A DNA stretch of 64,000 nt from Mobula hypostoma (taxonomy: Eukaryota), in the NCBI RefSeq assembly GCF_963921235.1, contig NC_086097.1, forward strand, positions 25,236,001 to 25,300,000, in the 5' to 3' direction. Both the position numbers and the translations under genes were made by a program. Numbering within the stretch: the stretch's first letter is position 1; each line of letters opens with the position of its first letter. The notes below the pieces were generated by a model, which ran no database searches, was not told the origin of the DNA, and was given only the letters and a program-made list of their open reading frames with translations. This document shows positions 49,595 through 62,385 of this stretch, in pieces.

Positions 49595-52320
49595 AAACAG
49601 AACACAGACAACAGCACATGAGCAGGCCCTTTGGCCCACAATGTCTGTACTAACCATGACACCAATACATCTGACTGCATCTTGTCCATATCCTCCCATT
49701 CTCTGCTTGTTAATGTACCTAAATGGTTCTTGGATGTTACTTTTGTATCTCATTCCACCACTTCCCTGGCAATATGTGCCAGGTACCTACCTGTCTCTCT
49801 ATATAGAAAAAAGTTGCCTTGTAAATCCCCTTCACCTGAACAGTTTCCCTCTAGTATTTAATATTCCTATACTGGGAAAAAGCTCTGTCTACCTTGTCTA
49901 AGCCTTTCATAAATTTTATAAACTCGCTCTCTACTTCTGCCAATCCACAGAAACAATCCAAGTTTGTCCAATCTCTCTTTATTGCTATTACTCTCTAATC
50001 CAGGCAACATCCTGCTGAACCTCTTCCACACCCTCTTCAAAGACAGAGAGAAAAAAACAGTTTAGCTTTATTTGTCACGTATGGTCAGCAAAATGTGTCA
50101 AACGTACTGCACAATGCGTCCAAAGCTCCAACTCCTACCTGTAATGCAGTGACCAGAACCGTATGCAATGCTCCAAATGTGGCCAGCTCAAAATTTCATA
50201 CAGCTGCAACTTGACTTCCCAAATTCTATATTTGGTGCCTTGACTGATGAAGGCAGGTATGCCTAACATCTTCTTTATCATCCTATCTACTGGTTGTCAT
50301 TTTCTGTGAGGGCTATGGACTTGCACCAAACAATCCCTTTGTATATCAATGCTTCGAAGGGACCAGATATTCACTGTACACTTTCCTCTTCCATCTGACC
50401 TCCTACTTGTCCAGATTAAACTCCATCTGTAAAGTTTTTCTGTCCACATTTCCAGCCGAAATGCCGTATATCCCACAAAATCCTCTCACAGCATCCCTCA
50501 CTATCCACGACTCTGCCAACTTTCGTCATCTGCAAGTTTACTAATCAGCGCCTCCCCCCTGCATTTTCAGCCAAATTATTTATAAATATTATAAACTACC
50601 TAGCTAACTACAGTCCAATATCAAATCTTCCTTTCCTGGGCAAGATTCTTGAGAAAATCATTTTCAGCCAACCTAACAACTTTCTAAATAAGAACAATAT
50701 CCTAGAAAAGATTCAGTCAGATTTTAGAACAAACCACAACATGAAGACAGCTTGTATCAAAATTGTCAGAGATCTTAGGTTCAGCGCTGATGCCAACAGA
50801 GTCTCAGATATAATCCTTCAAGACGTAACTGCTGCCTTTGACACAATTGACAACAAGTTCCTAGATTGCTTTGAGAACTGGGTTGGCCTCTCTGGTAGTG
50901 CCCTTAATTGCTTTTATTCATATATCTCAGAGATAAATTTTTTTTTGTCAATCTTGGAGACCAATTTTCTAAGAGATATGATGTACATTTTGGTGTTGCT
51001 CATGGAAGCACCTTGACTCCTACTCTTCCTCTTATACATGTTTGTTTTAGGAGACATCATTAGAGAGCGTAAACTTTACATCCACAGTTAAGCAGATGAC
51101 ATACAATTGTATATCTCAGTTGAGCCTGATGAATGTAATAACACCCAATCTTTGTTGACATTTGGTTTGACTGCAATAAACAAATGGAGGAGCAATAATT
51201 TCCTAAAACTAAATGAAGATAAAACTGAAATACTTTTGGTTGGTCAAAAACCAAAAGAGGTAAACTTCTTGATAAACTTGGGAACTTGGCTCCCCTTGCA
51301 AAATCAGAAGTAACAAGCCTGGTGTTATCCTAGATTCAGATTTGAATTTTAAATCCCACATAAAGAAAGTAAACAAAGCAGTATTTCTACACTTAAGGTA
51401 CGTCCGTTTCTATCAAGTAATGAAGCTGAAAAGCTAATTCATGCCTTTGTATCGAATAGACTAGATTATTACATAGCACTTTTCACTGTCCTTCCAAAGC
51501 AATTTATTGGCAAACTTAAACTCATTCAGAATGGCGCCACTAGACTTAACCAAACCAGGATGAGGGAACATATCATTCCCATCCTAACTACTCTGCATTG
51601 GTTTCCTGTATCTTTTAGAATTGATATTAAAGTTTTCTTACTTGTTTTTAAAGCTCTCAATGGTCTGGAGTTAGAGTACATCACAGAATCACTTTCATTT
51701 TATAATTCTGTTTGAGCTCTCAGGTCTTGATCTGCCAGTCTCTTAAATTTAGAAAACCTCCCTCAAAAGATAATTGGCTGGTCACCTTTCTGGAAATATG
51801 CTCTTAAACTGTGGAATACAATATCTAAAACTATAAGGGATGCAGACTTAGTTAACACTTTTAAACACCAGTTCAAAATCTATCTATTTAACCTTGCTTT
51901 TAACAAACATCTTCTTGTCTTTTATTTTCATGTTTGCACTTTATCCCATTGTAAAGCACTTAGAAGTATATCATCTGTATGAACAATGCTCTATAAGTGT
52001 TATTTTAATGATTATTTTTTACTGTTGTTATTATTATTATTATTACAAACAGAGGTCTTCAGCACTGATCACAATTGCATAGCACCACTAGTCACACACC
52101 TCCAGTTGGAATAACACCCTCCAATCATTATCTTCATACTTCTAAAGCCAGGCCAATTTTGGATCCAACATACAAAGTATCCATGTATCCCATTTGCCTT
52201 AAACTTCTGAATTAGGTTACCATAAGGAACATTATTAAGAGCTTCAGTGAAGTCTATGTACACAACATCCACCACCCTACCCTCAGCAATCATCTTAGTT
52301 ATCACCTCAACAATATCAAG
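49595..52320 (-). mobile_element. Old CR1 fragment split by the L2 insertion
   Basis: CR1 tail at ~49600, reverse-complement ADDESWQ region at ~50520, resumes at 52050 with EGRVVDVVYIDFTEALNNVPYGNL (ORF 52069-52329). Confidence 0.75.
50597..52045 (+). mobile_element. L2-clade LINE, 5'-truncated, with (TTA)n tail
   Basis: NYSPISNLPFLGKILEK, QSDFRTNH, TAAFDTID, ENWVGLSGSALN, NNFLKLNEDKTEILLVG, EKLIHAFVSNRLDYY, REHIIPILTTLHWFPV; candidate TSD TATTATAAAC 50587-50596 / TATTACAAAC 52041-52050. Confidence 0.9.
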
Positions 52321-52446
52321 ACATCTCATTGAAACCTACCAAATATTGAAAGGCCTAGATAGAATGGGCCTGCAGAAGATGTTTCGTGTAGTGGGAGCTG
52401 GATGTGAGGGGATGTAGCTGATGTGACCTAGTCTGATGGAGGGGTC

Positions 52447-52773
52447 CCTGATGGTATGAGTAAATGGCATGTCCTGCGTTGTAGGGGTCCTTAATGATGG
52501 ATGCTGCCTTTTTGAGGCATCACCTTTTGAAGATGTCCTCAATGGTAGGGAGGCTTTTGCCCATGATGGAACTGGCTGAGCTCAGAGTTTACTTTGAACT
52601 GCACAGGACTGGAAAAGGCTGCATGCAGTAGGTTGTAAACTCAACCAATTCTATCATGGGCAAAAGCCTCCATACCATTGAGGACATCTTCAAAAAGTGA
52701 TGCGTCAAAAGGCAGCATCCATCATCAAAGACCTCCACTACGCAGGACATGACTTTTCCTCGTACCATACAGG
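52447..52773. repeat. Inverted pair of Rex1-type fragments
   Basis: Arms 52447-52580 and 52640-52773 are reverse complements with high similarity. Confidence 0.85.
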
Positions 52774-52814
52774 AGCCCAAAGACCCACACTCGTTGGTTA
52801 AGAACAATAGTTAC

Positions 52815-53345
52815 AGAGTTATAGAACACTACAGCACAAAAACAGGCCTTCAGCACATCTAGTCCATGCCGAACCACTGATCTGCCTCGTCCCATTGACC
52901 TGCACCCTCCCATCCATGCACCTATCCAAATTTTTCTTAAATGTTGAAATTGACTTGCGCTGGCAGTTCATTCCACACCCCCGTCACCCTCTGAATGAAG
53001 AAGATCCCTCCATGTTCCCTTTAAATATTTTACCTTTCAACTCAATCTCAGTGGAAAAAGCCTACTTGCATTTACCCAATCTATACCCTTCATACTTTTG
53101 TATACTTCTAATAAATCTCCCCTCAATCTTCTATGTTCTAGGAAATAAAATCCTAACCTATTCGACCTTCCCCACTAATTCAGGTCCTCCAGTCCTGGAA
53201 ACACCCTTGTAAGTTTCCTCTGCACTCTTTCAATCTTATTTACATCTTTCCTGTAGGTAGGTGACCAAAACTGGATACAGTACTCCAAATTAGGCCTCAC
53301 CAACATCTTATACAATTTCAGCACTTCAACCCAACTCCTGTACCT
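52815..53345 (-). mobile_element. CR1 3' fragment
   Basis: Reverse complement of LVRPNLEYCIQFWSPTYRKDVNKIERVQR; CR1 tail. Confidence 0.8.
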
Positions 53346-55006
53346 CTGTTTCTTCTACTCCACCAACAGATTTCTGAATAGTCCATGAACCGATGAAAAC
53401 TAGCTCACTATTTCTGCTCTCTTGTTGATATTTTGGTTTGCACTGTACTGGTGCTACAAAACAACATATGTTGCTGATAAGAAACCAAATTTAGATTCTG
53501 ATTTTTATTCCTTTAAATGCATTGCATTTTGTTTATTTGGGATGGTGGGGGTGGAATCAGCATCACAAAGATTCACAACCTTTTTAAAGAGCCAGGTGGT
53601 TATAATATTCATAAATCCACTCCTTTATTTTATTTAAGTCCAGACTAAACCAATGTCTGGATGAAAGAAGCTTATCTCCAGTGAAATTTACCCACAAATC
53701 ATGACAAGAGACTACGTGCACACCAACTTCACTTAACAATTTGACATGGACAGGCAGATGGAAAGGATCATTGCTTTATCCCACTTGTCATCCCAGGAGA
53801 TGAATTAAAGGGACTAAGAAAGACTGGGTAGCCTGAATTGATTGTAAAGCTTCCTGTAATTAATTAAAATGATTCAGGGAAGCAACTGAACAATTGAAAT
53901 TCACCAGACACTATCATTACCATGGATGGGAGGGGCGGAGGTGACAGAATTATATATCATTTGTATAGAATATTCCATAATTTGTATAATTGTATGAGAG
54001 GCACTGATAGGTTAGCTAGCCACTGTCTATTTCCATGGCAGTGCTGTCAAAAACTAGACAGCGTAGGTTTACGGTGAGAGGAAGGGGGTCTGAGAGAAAA
54101 TTTGTTAGACAAAGACTAGTTGGTATCTGGAATGAGCTGCCAGAGGAAGCAGTGGAGGCTGTTATAACATTTTCCAAACTTTTATCCCCCAAGGTGGAAA
54201 TGGCTAATATGAGGGGGCATAACTTTAAGGTGATTGGAGGAGAGTACAGGGGGGATGTCAGAGGTAAGTTTTTAACACAGAGTGGTGAGTGCTTGGAACA
54301 CCCTACCGGGGTGGTGATAGAGAAAGATACTTCAGGGAGACTTAAGAAACTCTTAGGCACACGAATAATAGAAAAATTAAGGGCTATGTTGTAGCGAAAA
54401 GATAGATCGATCTTCAGAGTAGGTACAACATCATGGGTCAAAGTGCCTGTACTAAGACAATAGGCAAAGGAGCAGAAGTGGGCCATTCGGCCCATCGAGT
54501 TTGCTCCGCCATTTTATCATGAGCTGATCCATTCTCCCATTTAGTCCCATTCCCCCGCCTTCTCACCATAACTGTGCTGTGCTGAAATTTTTAACAGTTT
54601 AAGACTTTACTCCCTGGAGTGTAGGGGAAAGAGGCATATAGATAGGGTAAATACATGAAAGCCTTTTCTCCTCAGATTGAGTGAGAGTAGAATCAGAGGT
54701 CACAGGTCTAAGGTTTTTACTTATTTAGAGATACAGCATGGTAACATGCCCTCCTGGCTCAATAATCCTGCACCACCCAATTACACGCATGTGATCAATT
54801 AGCCTACTAATCTGCTCCTGTGCTGTAGTATTTGTATTTCTATTTAATTTATTTCTTACACCCAAGGGAGTAAAAATCTTTATGTTGCATCTCTGTCACA
54901 ACGCACAAGCAATAAAAAGGGGAAATGTGGAAGGATATTGCCCAAACACTAAGATTTTGTATATGTAGTTATTTTGTATACGTGTTCTAACCTCTATGTC
55001 TCTGGA

Positions 55007-58000
55007 ATAGAAACATAGAAAAACCTACAACACAATACTGGCCCTTCGGCCCACAAAGCTGTGCCGAACATGCACTTACTTTAGAAATTAATTCTGGTTA
55101 CCCATAGCCCTCTATTTTTCTAAGCTCCATGTACCTATCCAGGAGTCTCTTAATAGACCCTATTCTCTCCGCCTCCACCACCATCACCAGCAGCCCATTC
55201 CACACACTTTCCACTCTCTGCGTTTAAAAATTATCCCTGACGTCTCCTTTGTACCTACTTCCAAGCACCATAAAACAGTGTTAGTCATTTCAGCCCTGGG
55301 AAAAAGCTTCTGACTATCCACACAATCAATGCCTCTCATCATCTTGTACACCTCTATCAGGTCACCTCTCATCCTCCGTTGCTCCAAGGAGAGAAGGCCA
55401 AGTTCACTCAACCTATCCTCATAAGGCATGCTCCCCAATCCAGGCAACATCCTTGTAAGTCTCCTCTGCACCCTTTCTATAGTTTCTACATCCTTCCTGT
55501 AGTGAGGTGACCAGAACTGAGCACAGTACTCCAAGTGGGGTCTGACCAGGGTCCTTGATAGCTGGAACGTTACCTCTCGGCTCTTGAACTCAATCCCACG
55601 ATTGACAAAGGCAAATACACCATATGCCTTCTTAACTATATAGTCAACCTGTACAGCTGCTTTGAGTGTCCTATGGACTCAGACCCAAAGATCCTTCTGA
55701 TCCTCCACACTGCCAAGAGTCTTACCATTAATACTATATTCTGCCATCATATTTGACCTACCAAAATGAACTCCCTCACACTTATCTGGGTTGAACTCCA
55801 TCTGCCACTTGTCAGCCCAGTTTTGCATCCTATCAATGTCCTGCTGTAACCTCTGACAGTCCTCCACATTATCTACAACACCCCCAACCTTAGTGTCATC
55901 AGCAAATTTACTAACCCATCCCTCCACTTCCTCATCCAGGTCATCTATAAAAATCACAAAGAGAAGGGGTTGCAGAACAGATCCCTGAGGCACACCACTG
56001 GTCACCAGCCTCCATGTAGAATATCACCCGTCTACAACCACTCTTTGCCTTCTGTGGGCAAGCATTTTAGATCCACAAAGCAAGGCCCCCTTGGATCCCA
56101 TGCCTCCTTACTTCCTCAATAAGCCTTTCATGGTGTACCTTATCAAATGCCTTGCTGAAATCCATGTACAGTACATCTACTGCTCTTCCTTCATCAATGT
56201 GTTTAGTTACATCCTCAAAAAATTCAATCAGGTTCGTAAGGCACAACATGACGTTCACAAAGCCATGCTGACTATTCCTAATCATATTATGCCTCTCCAA
56301 ATGTTCATAAATCCTGCCTCTCAGGATCTTCTCCATCAACTGACGTAGGACTCACTGGTCTGTAACTTTCTGGGCTATCTCTACTCCCTTTCTTGAATAA
56401 GGGAACAGCATATGCAACCCTCCAATCTTCCGGAACCTCTCCCGTCCCCATTGATGATGCAAAGATCATTGCCAGAGGCTCAATAATTTCCTTCCTTGCT
56501 TCCCACAGTTGCCTGGGGATTATCTCATCCAGTCCCAGTGACTTATCCAACTTGATGCTTTCCAAAGGCTCCAGCACCTCCTCTTTCTTAATGTCTATAT
56601 GCTCAAGCTTTTCAGTTCGCTGTAAGTCATCCCTACAATCGCGAAGGTCCTTTTCCGTAGTGAAAACTGAAGCAAAGTATTCATTAAGTACGTCCGCTAC
56701 CTCCTCCGGTTCCATATATACTTTTCCACTATCACACTTGATTGGTCCTATTCTCTCACGTCTTATCCTCTTGCTCTTCACATACTTATAGAATGCCTTG
56801 GGGTTTTCCTTAATCTTGCTCGCCAAGGCCTTCTCATGGCCCCTTCTGGTTCTGGTTCATGGAGGTCAAATCGTTTGGATAGAGATGGCGCTCAGTACCC
56901 AGTGTTGGAGAGCTGATCAGAGCTCGAAGTTTTCAGATGACTCAGAGTCGGACTGTGGTCGGGTAGGGCAGGGAGAGTTTTTCTTCCTTCATCCGTCTGC
57001 GTGAGATGTGGGACATTTGACAGACATTGAACTTCTTCTGTGCTCATGGACTTCTTCATCAAGTTATTGTATTGTTGCACTGTTGTAACTATATGTTATA
57101 ATTATGCGGTTTTGTTAGTTTTTTTCAGTCTTGGTCTGTCCTGTGTTTTGTGATATCACACCGGAGGAAATATTGTATCATTTCCTAATGCATGCATTAC
57201 TAAATGACAATAAAAGAGGACTGCATGTCTTCATAATCTAATTTCATTCTTAATCTCCTTCCTGCTGGCTTTATAATCTTCTAGATCTCTATCATTACCT
57301 AGTTTTTTTAACCTTTTGTAAGCTTTTCTTTTCTTCTTGACTAGATTTTCAATTGCCTTTGTACACCACAGTTCCTGTACCCTACCATCCTTTCCATGTC
57401 TCATTGGAACGTACATGTGCAGAACACCACACAAATATCCCCTGAACTTTTGCCACATTTCTGTCGTATATTTCTCTGAGAACACCTGCTCCCAATTTAT
57501 GTTTCCATTTTCTGCCTAATAGCTTCATATTTCACCTTACTCCAATTAAACACTTCCCTAACTTGTCTATATCTATCCCGCTCCAATGCTATTGTAAAGG
57601 AGACAGAATTGTGATCACTATCTCCAAAATGCTCTCCCACTGAGAGACCTGATGCCTGACCAGGTTCATTTCCCAATACCAGATCAAGTACAGCCTCTCC
57701 TCTTGTAGGCTTATCTACCTACTGTGTCAGGAAACCCTCCTGAACACACGTAACAAACTCTACCCCATCTAAATCCCTTGGTCTAAGGAGATGCCAATCA
57801 ATATTGGGGAAATTAAAATCCCCCATCACGACAACCCTATTACTATTGCACCATTCCAGAATCTATCTCCCTATCTGCTCCTCAATGCCACTGTTACTAT
57901 TGGGTGGTCTATAAAAACACGCAGCAGAGTTATTAACCCCCTTCCACCCACAGAGACTCAGTGGACAATTCCTCCATGACTTCCTCCTTTTCTGCAGCTG

Positions 58001-58418
58001 TGACACTATCTCTGATCAGCAGTGCCACGCCCCCACCTCTTTTGCCTCCCTCCCTGTCCTTTCTGAAACATCTAAAGCCTTACACTCTTAAGTAGCTATT
58101 CCTGTCCCTGAGCCATCCAAGTCTCTGTAATGGCCACAACATCATAGCTCCAGGTTCTGATCCACACTCTAAGCTCATCAGCTTTGTTCATGATACTCCT
58201 TCATAAAATAAACACATCTCAAACCATCAGTCTGAGTGCATCCCTTCTCTATCTCCTGCCTATCCTCCCTCTCACAGTGCCTACAAGCTTTCTCGTGATT
58301 TGTGAGCCAACCACCCCTTCTTCTGTCTCTTCAGTTCGGTTCCCACCCCCTAGCAATTTTAGTTTAAACTCTCCCCAATAACCTTAGCAAACCTCTCTGC
58401 CAGGATATTGGTCCCCCT
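55007..58418 (-). mobile_element. About 3-kb CR1 (ORF1 end, endonuclease, RT, 3' UTR), frameshifted, with a ~390-bp insertion
   Basis: ORFs 57231-57485, 56305-56826, 56067-56339, 55679-56005, 55184-55534 (FADD, GVPQGS, DFSKAFDKV); AITETW and GDFNFPNIDW at 57790-58140; tail ATAGAAACATAGAA. Confidence 0.95.
56852..57241 (+). mobile_element. SINE-like non-autonomous retroelement inserted in CR1
   Basis: Interrupts the CR1 frame between NEIR and RRGHEK; ends AAATGACAATAAAAGAGGACTGCATGTCTTCATAATCTAAT. Confidence 0.65.
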
Positions 58419-60684
58419 ATGGAAGGAAGGCAGAGCATCTGAAGGAAATCCATACAATCATGGGGAGAATGTACAAACTCCTTACAAAAAGCAGCGGGAA
58501 TTGAACCTGGATCACTGGCACTGCAATAGTATTACACTAACCGCTATGCTACCATGCCCCCCACAAAAGGTGAAATATTTAAGGGGAAGCTGAGGGGGAA
58601 CTTCTTCACTCAGAGGGTGGTGAGAGTGCGGAATGAGCTTACAGTGGAACATTTAACATTTAAGTTTGGTTAGGTACAAGGATAGGAGGGATACAGAGGG
58701 CTATGGACCAGTTGTGGGTCGATGGAACTAGGCAAGAAAGTGGGTCCACATGGACTAGATGGGCCAAAGGAGTGATTTCTGTGTTATTGTGCTCTATGGT
58801 TCTAAATAAATGTTATATTTGACAGTCAGTTTTATTGCATTGCAACATACAGCTCGGATAGATGAGGTGGGTAGGCACATGGATGTAAGGAAGATGTAAG
58901 GATATGGACATGGTGTAGATAGGAGGGATTAGTGTTTGGATGGCTTTGATTTGATTTTTAGCTGTTCCTGTGCTGTACTCTTCTATATTCTAGGATTTAT
59001 AAATTGGTGAAGAAGGACTAAATGGGCCTTCATATTCTATGCCCTGGTTGATGAGAGCTGGGGGATAAAGATACAATTTTACGACGTTAGTCAGATCACA
59101 GCTAGAGCATCAGCACAGTTCTGGCTGCTACAATAGTGGAACTTCTGGGAATGATGCACAGGAGGTTCACTAGGTGGTCCTTGGGATGAAATATTTCAGT
59201 TCTAAGGAAAGCTGGGACAGGTGAGTATGTTTTTCCTGGAGTGGCGAAGGCTGAGGGTGACCAGATAGAGCTAAACAAGGTTCTGAGGGGCCTGGATACA
59301 GCAGATAATAGGGAACTTTCCCAGATGCAACGTAAAGATCTCAGTCATGGTTAGAATCTGTATGGATGCAGGTGTCAAATTGTCGCACAATATTTAAGGA
59401 TCTAGAGGAGTACCTAAATCGCTAAACTGTAGAAGGCAACAGATCAAGTATAGGTAAGCAGAATTACTTGTAAATGGGATTATTGGTATGTGATGGAAGT
59501 TACAGCAAGGCAAGGGTTAAAATGATATGCTGATAGAACAAGACACTTTGTACAGTCTTGAGCTGAATCAAATCTTTGAAAGCTGGACTCCTCTTTATTC
59601 ACCCTTTTCTGAGTGATATGTGAAACCGGGAAGGAGAGGGATATACAGCCTTTCTGTTCAAGCCTGGGAACCAAGGTCACCATGCAGACCAAGACAATGA
59701 TGCATACAAGGGATTCTAGGACACCTAATACTGAGCAGTTATTTTACTAATTCTCAAGTATTATTGGCCTTTAACACCTAGATTTAATTGGTTATTAACA
59801 ACTGAAATATGTATTAAATGATGGTATTCAGAAAATGTGATTGAGCAATGAGTCCAGTTAAAAGGAGCATATTGAGTTAAGAGGCCTATTTCTGTAGTTT
59901 GTGACTCTATGAATGGATGGAAGGGGTTCAATGGCCAACTCCTGCTTCTTTGCCCATGTCATTGAGCGTATTTGTCAATCACACCAAATCCCGTTCACTT
60001 ATCCTTCCTGAGTAGGTTGACCAAAATTGCCAAAGAAACATGCAATTGTACAACTCTTACCTTACCTGAAGTCCCTTCATGTCTTTACACCTCTGAGTCT
60101 CTAATCTGATCAGCCATATTCCTATAAGATCTCTGTGCTCCTCCATCCTAACAGATTTGTTGGTCCTTTTTCTAATAATTGTAATTTCAGTTGCTCAAGT
60201 CCTAACTCCTGGAATTCACTCATGAAATCACCTCTCTTCATCTGAGATATTCCTTAAACTAATATCCCTTAATACAAAAATATAGGACATTGGAGCACAG
60301 TTAGACTATTCAGCCCATCGAGCCATTCCATTATCGCTGATTTGTTTTCCCTCGCAACCCTATTTTCCTACTTTATCTTCGCAACCTATGACAGACTCAC
60401 TAATCAAGAACCTATTAACTTCTGCTTTAAATATATCCAATGGCTTAGCCTCCACAGCCACTGGTGGCAATGAACTCTGAAGATGTACCACCCTCTGGCA
60501 AAAGAACTTCCTCCTGTCTCTGTTCCAAAAGGACATCCTTTTATTCTGAGGCTCTGCCCTCTGAACCTATATCTTCTCTATCTAGACCTTTCAAGATTTG
60601 GTTGGTTACAATGAGATCCCCCGAAGAGCCTCGTTGCTTAGGAACTTCTTTAATGCACCCCTAAACGGTGCTACATTAAATATG

Positions 60685-60985
60685 GGTACCACAGTAGCGT
60701 AGCTGTTATTGTGGGGCAATTACAGCTCAAAGCATCAGAGTTTGGAGTTCAATCCCAGCATCATCTGCAAGGAGTCTGTACATTCTCCCCGAGGAATGTA
60801 TGTGTTTTCTCCAGAACCCCCCGTTTCCTCCCACAGTCCAAGGACATACTGGCTAACAAATCATTGTATATTGTCCAGTGATTAGGCTAGGGTTAAATTA
60901 GGGATTACTGGACAGTGCTGCTTGAAGGGCCAGAAGGGCCTATTTCGCGCTATATCTCAATAAATAGATAAATAAATAAATAAAT
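60685..60985 (+). mobile_element. tRNA-headed V-SINE with (TAAA)n tail
   Basis: CACAGTAGCGTAGC, GAGTTCAATCCC, GTTTCCTCCCACAGTCCAAGGAC, AATAAATAAATAAATAAAT. Confidence 0.8.
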
Positions 60986-61754
60986 TGCACTATAAGAATA
61001 AAATCTACTTGGATTATTATGTAATACATATAGACCATAAGATGTAGGAGCAGAACTGGGCCGTGGGCCAAATGAGTCTGCTCTACCATTTCATCATGGC
61101 TGACTTATTATCCCTCTTATTATCCCATTCGTCTGCCTTCTCCCTGTACTTTTAATGCCCTTACTAATCAAGAGCCTATCAACCTCCAATAACTTGTTTT
61201 GAAAAGATTAGCTTACTTCACTGTCCATATTTTTGACCATAAGACAAGAAGACACTGAAGATACTAGAACACTAAAGTGGCAAATTATTGCCAGACACTT
61301 TAGAATAGCAGAACAAAACAAAATTTGACATCATGCCATGTGTGAGGTTAGATGACAAAAAAAACCTTGTGCAAATAAATAGGATTACAAATTCCAACAT
61401 TTAATGTAAAATATATGTCAGGAGAGGCAATAACTGCACCAAGCAGTTAATGTAGTATAACACCAGAAGCCATTTTGTCAAGACCACAGCGTTAACTCTA
61501 ATTCCAACATGTACTGTCATTAATTCTGACAGCGAAGTGCTTCGTCACCACTTGGATTTAAAAATTGCTGATTCATAGAAATAGCTGAATGGGTGTTAGA
61601 AGATAAAATGAGTCTGCCTAATATAACAGAATCAAGGGGAACCAAAGAAAAATAGCAATTAAGAATTACTGTTGAAATAATTAACTATATTTAAATCTAT
61701 GATCCTCAAAGTCAATAAGAGCATTTTCCACTGAAACCACAATTTAGGAAATGT

Positions 61755-62070
61755 CATTAGCTTTATTTGTCACATGTACATCAAAACATACAGTGAAAGG
61801 TTTCATATGTGTCAAATGTAATCAGCAAGGATGGTGCTAGTACAGCCTGCAATTGTGCCACCCTTCCAGTGCCAACCTGTTATGACCACAACTTACTAAC
61901 CCTAACTGTGTGTCATTGGAATGTGTGAAGAAACCGGAGCACTGGAGGAAACCCACACAGTCATGGGGAAACGTACAAACTCCTTACAGACAGTTAGAGG
62001 AATTGGAACCCACTTGGTGATCCCTGGTGCCATAAAGCATTTGTGCTAACTGCTACTCTACTGTGCCGCC
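61755..62070 (-). mobile_element. V-SINE
   Basis: GAAACCGGAGCACTGGAGGAAACCCACACAGTCA and reverse-complement tRNA head. Confidence 0.8.
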
Positions 62071-62385
62071 ATTGCTGCATTGCCACCCATTAATATATCT
62101 TCCGCAACATCTAGACTAAACAAAGCTTAAAGATCTTCCATATACATACTGAACCACAATATATTTATAATTTACACAATTTTTTAACATAATCAAAATG
62201 CAACACCTTTATAGATAATGCACATTAATCTGCATCTCAGATTAATGGATTTTTTCCCCATTTAGAAAATAGTATGCACATTTATTTCTACTACAAAAGT
62301 GCATGACCATGCATTTTCCAAAATTGTATTTCATTTGCCACTTTCTTGCCCATTCTCCAAATCTGTCCAAGTCCTTCTGCATCCT

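Noticed and set aside
60055..60265. Minus-strand exon at CAG/GTAAG
   Set aside because: The surrounding sequence resembles a decayed L2/CR1-type 3' end (similar piece reversed at ~45060-45165).
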